A stretch of 14,005 bases of DNA from a virus. Positions 7,818 through 13,788 of the stretch are shown piece by piece. Under the pieces are notes generated by a model. The model did no database searches and was not told where the DNA came from. It saw nothing but the letters and a program-made list of their open reading frames with translations. The DNA lies in the UHGV virus genome UHGV-1657810; one strand, 5' to 3'. Every line of letters starts with the position of its first letter. The stretch's first letter is position 1. A program made the translations under genes and the position numbers.

Positions 7818-9493
7818 TGTGATTGCCCACCCTGACCACTAACTGCATTCGCCATAGCTGACAACACACTCGGATCCGAAGTTTTAGCTTCGCTTAGCGT
7901 CTTGGCCCCCTGTGCCGCCGCCATCCCCATCGCCATCATTTGTTGCTGCTGTTGTTGCTGTGCCCGTTGCTGGCGAGCCTGCTCAACCTGTTCCTGCGGA
8001 ACAATGACGGTTGGAGACACTCCGGACATATCAGCGAATGCATCGATCGCCTGATCAACGTTGAGTTTGTCGAGAGCTTCTGGTTTCGCTTGCGCAAGTT
8101 GACCAATGAAGTTGACCGTAGACGCCAGACTGGACAGGCCGATAGACTTCTGCGCCTGAGCCATGACGGAAATGTATTCGACCTTCAGGGGCATGCCTTC
8201 CATCGCGTCAGGCGGTGGCGGCAGCATGTTTTTACGCACCATCATCGAGAAAGAGCGGTCAATGAGAGGATTAAGACATTCGTCGTTCAGACGCTCCAGA
8301 ACCGGCCCCAACATCAGAAGTTTTTCTTCTTTCATTTCGATCACCGCTTCAACAGGCATCGAGCGGGTATTGATGTTCTGCAACATCATGAACAGATCGA
8401 CAAAGTAGGCGCTGTTAATGATTTGACGAGTGTCCTGAATGTCTGCCACCAAATCTGCTGTACTGGGGTTAACCAGATAAGCAGGCCTGAAGCCATCCTG
8501 ACCAGTAATCTGATCGATATACGTGATGTCGCCAGGAAGAAGGGAGGCGCGCTGATTCTTGAGGGAAGTCGGAGCAACCATCGGCGGATTGGTGGCTTTA
8601 TCAATCAACTGCGACTTGCGCTTCTGGAGAAGCTGCAATGCCTTAACAGGTCCAAGCGCCAGCATACCCGGGCATGATGATCCATAAACATCTTCGCCGT
8701 TAACTTCCCAGCGCGGAGCCATAATTGGAAACTCATCGAATCCGGACTCACGCAACAACTTGTCGTTATCGCCGCCAACCTCGTAATAAACCGATTTGAA
8801 TGGCTTGTTCTTGCTATCCAGCTTCGATGTATCGCGGTCAATGTTCGGGTAAACCGAATGCATCACTTCAATCCACTTCTCGTAGGTGCCGCTTTCCCAC
8901 ATGCTTTTTACGGATTCGCTGACGTTATTTAGCCCGAACTCCTGAACAAGCTGACGAACAGTCATAGAGAACTTGCGAAAACAGGTGTCCACACTGCCAC
9001 GAGGTGAGTTAGCCAAGTAGTAACTGCCTATCGGGAATGGCATTGTGCGAATGATGTCCTCATCATCCTCCAGTACCGCCATTGCGCCGGTGCTGTATGT
9101 GCCGAGGCTTCCGTATAACTGCGGCAGCGACTGATAGAGATTCGACTTATTGAACATATCGTTCATGCGGTTCTGCACGGCCTCAAGCCACAACTTAACA
9201 GGGCCATAATCCATCATTTCAGGATCTGGCGTAGCCAGGCGAAACCACGGACGCGCGGGGCTTGTGATGCCTGACATCATGCCGCTGGCGAGAGTGCGCG
9301 CCGCCATAGTCCCGGTCGAATCAATAATGCGTGTATTGCGTCGATCGTTACGGTTGACCTCAGAAGTCAGAAAGCGGGAACCACGCGGGTTGATGTAATC
9401 ACTCAACTCGCGCCAGTGCGGCTCGAACGACTGACGCTCGCTTTCAAGTTGTGCGAACTGTTTGTTCAATCGCTCTTTAGTTGTTTCCGCCAT
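7814..9493 (-). CDS. Portal protein (T7-type head-to-tail connector family), 559 aa
   Basis: 559-aa ORF immediately downstream of terL and its insert. The Gln/Ala/Met-rich C-terminal tail (QQRAQQQQQQQMMAMGMAAAQGA) is characteristic of T7 gp8-like connectors as I recall them. ATG at 9493 with GGAG SD. Confidence 0.85.
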   Translation of the reverse strand: MAETTKERLNKQFAQLESERQSFEPHWRELSDYINPRGSRFLTSEVNRNDRRNTRIIDSTGTMAARTLASGMMSGITSPARPWFRLATPDPEMMDYGPVKLWLEAVQNRMNDMFNKSNLYQSLPQLYGSLGTYSTGAMAVLEDDEDIIRTMPFPIGSYYLANSPRGSVDTCFRKFSMTVRQLVQEFGLNNVSESVKSMWESGTYEKWIEVMHSVYPNIDRDTSKLDSKNKPFKSVYYEVGGDNDKLLRESGFDEFPIMAPRWEVNGEDVYGSSCPGMLALGPVKALQLLQKRKSQLIDKATNPPMVAPTSLKNQRASLLPGDITYIDQITGQDGFRPAYLVNPSTADLVADIQDTRQIINSAYFVDLFMMLQNINTRSMPVEAVIEMKEEKLLMLGPVLERLNDECLNPLIDRSFSMMVRKNMLPPPPDAMEGMPLKVEYISVMAQAQKSIGLSSLASTVNFIGQLAQAKPEALDKLNVDQAIDAFADMSGVSPTVIVPQEQVEQARQQRAQQQQQQQMMAMGMAAAQGAKTLSEAKTSDPSVLSAMANAVSGQGGQSQ

Positions 9494-9507
9494 TTCAATG
9501 ACTCCGG

Positions 9508-9714
9508 TTACTGACCAAGCAGCGTTTTACCGCTGGTATTAGCGGTTGATGTGTCGCCCTGAGAACCGGTAAGCAGCGTAGAACTACGACCAGCAGCAGC
9601 GCGACGGCGACGTGTTTCTTCGTCGCGGGCATCAACAACGGCGGCATCCTGCTCCTGTGGTGCTGCCTGAACTTCTGGTGTTGCAGGCACTGATGGTGAG
9701 CTGCCCATGCACAT
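9508..9714 (-). CDS. Hypothetical small protein, 68 aa, low complexity (uncertain)
   Basis: ORF with ATG at 9714 preceded by GGAG. Its stop at 9508 sits on the portal RBS, suggesting translational coupling. Composition is Ala/Arg/Thr-rich, so it could be a spurious ORF. Confidence 0.3.
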   Translation of the reverse strand: MCMGSSPSVPATPEVQAAPQEQDAAVVDARDEETRRRRAAAGRSSTLLTGSQGDTSTANTSGKTLLGQ

Positions 9715-9865
9715 ATCAATGACTCCGTACGCAATTAAATTATTACCAATTTAACCACATATGATTTATTTATCGTAGATAGTTGACATTTAACGCACAA
9801 ATTATTACCTTCAAGGTAAGTAAAGGGTTCATTCCGGTTATTAACCTGACTGGCTTGTCGTTAAA

Positions 9866-9893
9866 TTGAACAGGTGGAGTGAGCTTTTATTTT
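9866..9893 (+). promoter_or_regulatory. Candidate sigma70 promoter for the plus-strand tRNA/moron transcript (weak)
   Basis: TTGAAC (9866-9871), 16-bp spacer, TATTTT (9888-9893), inside an AT-rich segment. An alternative perfect -35 TTGACA at 9783-9788 has only a weak -10. Not verified. Confidence 0.2.
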
Positions 9894-10141
9894 GAGCAGT
9901 ACGGCGTATGGCACATGCGCCGATAGCGGTCTGGATACGTTTAAGGGGCACCCTCCCTTGCTCGGGCAAACGAACCAGGTAGCCGGAATGTGCAAGTCGA
10001 GCGGTTTTATTCCGCGCACGGGGATTCACCATCCCGGAGATTCGGTGTGACACCTCGGAAGAGACGAGGGTACAACGATGAGAGCATTTATGGAGCCGCG
10101 ACAAAGTGTGGCGCCTTAACAGGCTAAGTGCTCTCAGCGTT

Positions 10142-10218
10142 GTGGCATTAGCTCAGTTGGACAGAGCAACCGCCTTCTAAGCGGTTGGTCGCAGGTTCGA
10201 ATCCTGCATGCCACGCCA
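10142..10218 (+). tRNA. tRNA-Arg, anticodon UCU (reads AGA/AGG)
   Basis: 77-nt perfect cloverleaf read by hand: acceptor GTGGCAT/ATGCCAC (7 bp), D stem GCTC/GAGC, anticodon stem ACCGC/GCGGT with loop CTTCTAA (anticodon TCT), T stem GCAGG/CCTGC with T-loop TTCGAAT, discriminator G and encoded CCA. The body resembles enterobacterial argU as I recall it. Confidence 0.93.
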
Positions 10219-10261
10219 GAATCACGCCTAAGGACCGTGATGCCAGAAGTTCCAGGGGCTT

Positions 10262-10303
10262 GGCGGTGATGGTTTCCCTTGAAGGACTATCACCGCCCTT
10301 TTT
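10262..10303 (+). terminator. Rho-independent terminator downstream of the tRNA
   Basis: GGCGGTGAT (10262-10270) pairs with ATCACCGCC (10289-10297), a 9-bp stem with a structured loop, followed by CTTTTT (10298-10303). Confidence 0.65.
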
Positions 10304-10381
10304 ACAGCAGGACGCCATTGCGATGACTTCATGCTGTAAACCAGTACAGCCACGGAAGGCATAACTCATTGCTTCCAGTTC

Positions 10382-10405
10382 GCCCGGTTCGCCGGGCATT
10401 TTTTT
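10382..10405 (+). promoter_or_regulatory. Hairpin plus T-tract immediately upstream of the moron ORF RBS (terminator or attenuator-like)
   Basis: GCCCGG-TTCG-CCGGGC (6-bp GC stem, TTCG loop) followed by ATTTTTTT, then the SD AAGGTGAG and ATG at 10422. Confidence 0.4.
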
Positions 10406-10421
10406 AAGGTGAGATTAGACT

Positions 10422-10793
10422 ATGAGTGACAAAGACATTGAATCTGAAATTCAGGCTAAAGGTTTAGCCGCGCCGCGCGTTACGCCAGACAATATCGAGA
10501 GCATTATTGCTCAGGAGTCATATTTCACAGCAGAAGATGGTGCCTTTGGCGTAGCCATAAAAGCGAAACATACTGGCGGAGAGGTAAACTACCAGCCGCA
10601 CGAATCACTTTCTCTGCTGACGTTCTGCGTCCTGGTGCTGCGCAACGGCTTCACCGTCACCGGAGAGAGCGCCTGTGCAAGCCCGGAAAACTTTGATGCA
10701 GAAATTGGTCGGAAGATTGCCCGACAGAATGCTGTAAACAAAATCTGGATGCTTGAAGGTTACTTGCTGAAGCAGAAGTTAAGCGAGCAATAA
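10422..10793 (+). CDS. Hypothetical moron protein, 123 aa, cytoplasmic, unknown function
   Basis: Only convincing plus-strand ORF in the window. ATG at 10422 with AGGTGA SD, TAA at 10791, own terminator downstream. No signal peptide or TM segment; acidic N-terminus, C-terminal amphipathic helix (AEIGRKIARQNAVNKIWMLEGYLLKQ). Possibly related to the small phage accessory family typified by N4 gp49 / Sf6 gp66, but that is an unverified recollection. Confidence 0.6.
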   Translation: MSDKDIESEIQAKGLAAPRVTPDNIESIIAQESYFTAEDGAFGVAIKAKHTGGEVNYQPHESLSLLTFCVLVLRNGFTVTGESACASPENFDAEIGRKIARQNAVNKIWMLEGYLLKQKLSEQ

Positions 10794-10813
10794 CACCGTG
10801 ACATATCACAAAC

Positions 10814-10842
10814 AGCCAGCCTATGAGCTGGCTTTGTTTTAT
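10814..10842 (+). terminator. Rho-independent terminator after the moron ORF (possibly bidirectional)
   Basis: AGCCAGC-CTATGA-GCTGGCT (7-bp stem) followed by TTGTTTTAT on the plus strand. On the minus strand the hairpin is followed by GUUUGUGAU, so it may also act weakly after terL. Confidence 0.55.
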
Positions 10843-10883
10843 CCTCATCAGAGGATATCAACAACATTATCCCCTCAAGCGGA

Positions 10884-12359
10884 TTAAGCATAGGGATCGT
10901 AATCTGTGATGGCCTTGCCTTGCTGGTTCTGCTGCCCGGGAATTCGCAGACGCTTAGACACAGGGAACGCAAACGTCAGCAGTAGCGCATCGCCTTTACC
11001 CGGTGAACGCCCAAGCCGCTCCTTGATATCTTCCTTCGGTTCGATAACGATTTTACCGTCCACTCGAACTTTGTACTCTGCCGCCGACAGGTCGTCTGCT
11101 GTTTCCTGGTCATCCAGCATGCCGCCAAGCCTCAGCCATGTCTTGCATGAATTGAACATCTCCCCACGCTTGTTGAGCATCTGCGGGTCAGTAGACGCGC
11201 CACCGAACGGAACAAGTTGCCATGTACGACCCCAGCCATCACCGATTGACTTCAGACCGGTTCCGTAACCGAAGTCGATGAACACCGCGTCAGCCTGGTA
11301 CTGGTCTTCAAAGTCGGCGATACGCTTCGCCATAATCAGATCGTCAGTGGTCTTGTTGCCGGTCCACAGCACCTTACTGTGCAGCCCCTGCCGCAGGTAT
11401 ATCACAGCGTCATCAACGCCGGAGTATGCCGGGTCAACACCGATTATCACCGGAGCATGTGCCACCTGCGCAGCGGTTACCACCCGTTTCATTGCCTCAT
11501 CAGTAAGACCGGTAGGGATAAACTGCAATTCAGATGCATCAGGGAATATGCCACGCACACGGATTTTAACGAAGTCGCTGTCTTCCCCGTAGTCATCAAC
11601 CCATTTCTGCAACTGCTGTTTGTTGGTACCTTCCACCGTACGACTGTCAATCTGCGCAGTTTTCCAGCGGTGTTTATACTTGCGGAAACATTCACGGAAA
11701 CGTCCGGTATTACGCGTCGGGTTCCCGAACGCCACCCAGATGATTTCGGTGTCTTCGTCCGTCAGCGCACCCTCTGCTACCTCCCACACCAGATCGGCAA
11801 TGTTCGACGCTTCATCGAATACCACGATGATGCGTTTGCGCTCGTTGTGTAGTCCGGCGAATGCCTCAGTGTTGTGCTCAGACCAGGGGATTGCGTCAGC
11901 TCGCCACCGCTTGTCGTGCCCAGGGTCATTGCTGTACATCGCGGTAGCGGTACAGGTAAACCAGTCTTTCGTGATAGCAAGGTTTGACCACTTGATAATT
12001 TCCGGCCAGGTCTTCGTTCGTAGCTGGTTGTCGGTGTTGGCGGTCACCACGACCTTACAATCCTCGCAAGTGGACATGCCCCAGTTGATCAGCATTGAGA
12101 TGAATGCGGATTTACCAATACCGTGACCAGAAGCGCGTGCCAGCATAAGCGGCTGATAGCGCGTCTCTGGATTCTGCAGGTGATCGCGTATCTCTCGGAA
12201 CGCATCAGCCTGCCACTGACGTGGGCCGGTAGCATGTGCCAGTTCAGTCCCCTCTTCCCCCCAAGGGAACGCATAGAGGGCATAGCCAAGCGGATCGTGA
12301 GTGAACCCTGCAATATCCTCGATCAACTGCTCTTCAGGAGATAACGCTGTATCTGTCAC
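10884..12359 (-). CDS. Terminase large subunit, 491 aa
   Basis: Walker A P-loop ARASGHGIGKSA, Walker B IIVVFDEAS, and a C-terminal nuclease-like region (IIGVDPAYSG...D...). Directly downstream of terS with a GTGA start/stop overlap; start is GTG at 12359. Confidence 0.92.
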   Translation of the reverse strand: MTDTALSPEEQLIEDIAGFTHDPLGYALYAFPWGEEGTELAHATGPRQWQADAFREIRDHLQNPETRYQPLMLARASGHGIGKSAFISMLINWGMSTCEDCKVVVTANTDNQLRTKTWPEIIKWSNLAITKDWFTCTATAMYSNDPGHDKRWRADAIPWSEHNTEAFAGLHNERKRIIVVFDEASNIADLVWEVAEGALTDEDTEIIWVAFGNPTRNTGRFRECFRKYKHRWKTAQIDSRTVEGTNKQQLQKWVDDYGEDSDFVKIRVRGIFPDASELQFIPTGLTDEAMKRVVTAAQVAHAPVIIGVDPAYSGVDDAVIYLRQGLHSKVLWTGNKTTDDLIMAKRIADFEDQYQADAVFIDFGYGTGLKSIGDGWGRTWQLVPFGGASTDPQMLNKRGEMFNSCKTWLRLGGMLDDQETADDLSAAEYKVRVDGKIVIEPKEDIKERLGRSPGKGDALLLTFAFPVSKRLRIPGQQNQQGKAITDYDPYA

Positions 12360-12988
12360 TGATTACCATCCTGACGTTCTTTGAGTCGCTTCCTGGCTGC
12401 TGCTATGCGATCAGCAATTGTCACATTCACATTAACATCCAGGCGCTCTTTGAACGCGTTAACGTCGACGTGTTTACCGATGAGCTCGAGGTTTTTCACC
12501 TTGTCGGGCCATTTCACCTTCTTCAGGATATGCTCGACATCCTCAACAGAGAGATCCGCCTCGCCATTCTCTTTTTGCAGAGAAGCCTGGGTCGTCTTGA
12601 TGGTAGCGATATCCATAGCACTGAGAGAGGTACGCCAGACCTTCGGCCATTCAGCGATCGGCTTCATCCCGCCGTCATCGTTCAGGATATCCAGCACGTC
12701 CATCTGGTCGATTTCCACCAGGCGCAGCAGGACATAATCAGCACTGACGCGCAGGCGCTTGTTGCGCTCTTCCATCAGCTCGGCAATCCGTTTTTGAATG
12801 CGTTCATCGCGCATCATGACACTGGCTTTAACTGCCGCTGTATTTGGAGAGAATCCTGCGTTAATCGCTGCCTGAGTCTGGTTTTCAGGCGTTTTGATGT
12901 ATGACTGGCAATAAGCCTCCTGCATTGCTGTTAGTGGCTTAAATTGCGTTGATTTGCGTTTATAGGTTTTAGGTTCAGCAGGCATCAT
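12356..12988 (-). CDS. Terminase small subunit (P27-type), 210 aa
   Basis: Contains QAAINAGFSPNTAAVKASVMMRDERIQKRI, the helix-turn-helix-like signature I associate with P27-family small terminases. Stop overlaps the terL start. I place the start at ATG 12988 (MMPAEP...) rather than the track's 13066, because the 26-codon N-terminal extension would run through a terminator hairpin and the dyad repeats. Confidence 0.85.
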   Translation of the reverse strand: MMPAEPKTYKRKSTQFKPLTAMQEAYCQSYIKTPENQTQAAINAGFSPNTAAVKASVMMRDERIQKRIAELMEERNKRLRVSADYVLLRLVEIDQMDVLDILNDDGGMKPIAEWPKVWRTSLSAMDIATIKTTQASLQKENGEADLSVEDVEHILKKVKWPDKVKNLELIGKHVDVNAFKERLDVNVNVTIADRIAAARKRLKERQDGNQ

Positions 12989-12994
12989 AACCAC

Positions 12995-13027
12995 CGTGGT
13001 AATAGTTACCGTTGTGGTAATAGTACC
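12995..13027. repeat. Tandem dyad-symmetric repeats immediately upstream of the terS start
   Basis: GTGGTAATAGTTACC (12996-13010) and GTGGTAATAGTACC (13014-13027). Each contains the inverted repeat GGTAA-N3-TTACC (the second imperfect). They lie between the terminator hairpin and the terS start codon. Confidence 0.5.
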
Positions 13028-13030
13028 ATG

Positions 13031-13057
13031 CAGAATAAAGCCGCCATAGTTGGCGGC
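13031..13057 (-). terminator. Intrinsic terminator-like hairpin between the 112-aa gene and terS (minus-strand sense)
   Basis: On the minus strand: GCCGCCA-ACUA-UGGCGGC (7-bp stem) followed by UUUAUUCUG. Confidence 0.5.
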
Positions 13058-13106
13058 AGTATTCAAAACCCATCAAATTCATCATGCATAATCTACTCGT
13101 GACATG

Positions 13107-13445
13107 TCACACTATTAATTTCGTTTCATGCCAGCCTTTAGTCACCCAGCATTGCGAGTCACCATTACACGGGCATGAATTAACTGGAACTCTCTCGCCG
13201 CACTTACCGCAACGTTTTCTGCTGATCGATTTTATACGCCCGTGCGCGCGAGCATCATCCTGGCGGATAAGTAACGCAATATACTCACCAAATTCGTAAG
13301 GCACACGCCCGGGGCGACGCGTGGCGCAGTTCCGCTCCAGCATTTCAATTTCCTGAGCATCAAGCACAATCTCCAGCTTACGTACACCGGATGCAGCTTG
13401 TCTGGCTCTCTGAGCGGCTTTGCGCTCTGCTGCTGATTTAGCCAT
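13107..13445 (-). CDS. Hypothetical Cys-rich (zinc-ribbon-like) protein, 112 aa, immediately upstream of terS
   Basis: ATG at 13445 overlaps the end of the upstream gene by 8 nt. Basic Ala/Arg-rich N-terminus (MAKSAAERKAAQRARQAASG) and C-terminal C-x2-C-x8-C-x-C-x5-C cluster (CGKCGERVPVNSCPCNGDSQC). Position matches small genes found between lysis genes and terS in E. coli cryptic prophages (YlcI/YnfO-like), but the family assignment is unverified. Confidence 0.55.
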   Translation of the reverse strand: MAKSAAERKAAQRARQAASGVRKLEIVLDAQEIEMLERNCATRRPGRVPYEFGEYIALLIRQDDARAHGRIKSISRKRCGKCGERVPVNSCPCNGDSQCWVTKGWHETKLIV

Positions 13446-13788
13446 TCTGATTTTCCTGCATCATGAGAAATACAATCATGGCGGCTCGGAGTGGATTATT
13501 CGCATGAAAGCAAATGTTCTCGGCATTAAAAACAGCTGACCACTCACCGCGAGAGTGGTGGCAGGTTAGACTGATTTTATTATCAACAATAATAGGCCAT
13601 GCATCCGATGGATTATTGCAGTAGTCAGGTAAAGGGTTTAATGGCTCAAAAGTTGTATCAGTATTTCCGTAATACCATTTGTTGGTGTTATTCCCTGATG
13701 TTTCCGGTTTACACGCCCAAAGGCCTTTAAAAATTATGTCTCCTACCATTCTGTTAATTTCAAAATCACTTAACTGTGAATAGTCCAT
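13438..13788 (-). CDS. Hypothetical protein, 116 aa
   Basis: ORF 13438..13821 in the track. I prefer the ATG at 13788 (MDYSQL...), which has a strong SD GGGAGGTGA 5 nt upstream and overlaps the stop of the upstream partial gene (TGATG). Contains several Cys, His and Trp residues; no family recognised. Confidence 0.55.
   Translation of the reverse strand: MDYSQLSDFEINRMVGDIIFKGLWACKPETSGNNTNKWYYGNTDTTFEPLNPLPDYCNNPSDAWPIIVDNKISLTCHHSRGEWSAVFNAENICFHANNPLRAAMIVFLMMQENQNG

Noticed and set aside
7940-8677. 245-aa plus-strand ORF
   Set aside because: Entirely antisense within the portal gene; His/Arg/Leu-rich with no RBS or recognisable motif. Shadow ORF.
9495-9734. 79-aa minus-strand ORF upstream of portal
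   Set aside because: Arg/His/Cys/Leu-rich junk-like translation in the alternative frame to the 68-aa ORF, which has the better RBS and composition. The two are mutually exclusive.
9841-10104. 87-aa minus-strand ORF in the region upstream of the tRNA
   Set aside because: Arg-rich, no RBS, and falls in the structured GC-rich segment that is better explained as tRNA precursor or non-coding RNA.
9880-10141. Possible second tRNA upstream of tRNA-Arg
   Set aside because: Hairpins are present, but I found no T-loop consensus (GTTCRANYC) and no consistent four-arm cloverleaf by eye. Kept only as a structured-RNA finding.
10148-10399. 83-aa minus-strand ORF
   Set aside because: Overlaps the tRNA-Arg and both terminator hairpins antisense. 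Artefact of the structured RNA region.
11620-12126. 168-aa plus-strand ORF, and other plus-strand ORFs inside terL (10906-11852)
   Set aside because: Antisense to the terminase large subunit gene, which has unambiguous Walker motifs. No independent support.
12470-12904. 144-aa plus-strand ORF
   Set aside because: Antisense within terS; no RBS. Shadow ORF.
12989-13066. 26-codon N-terminal extension of terS in the track (MNTAANYGGFILHGTITTTVTITTVV...)
   Set aside because: The extension would be translated through a terminator hairpin and the tandem dyad repeats, and its composition reflects those repeats. ATG at 12988 is the more plausible start.
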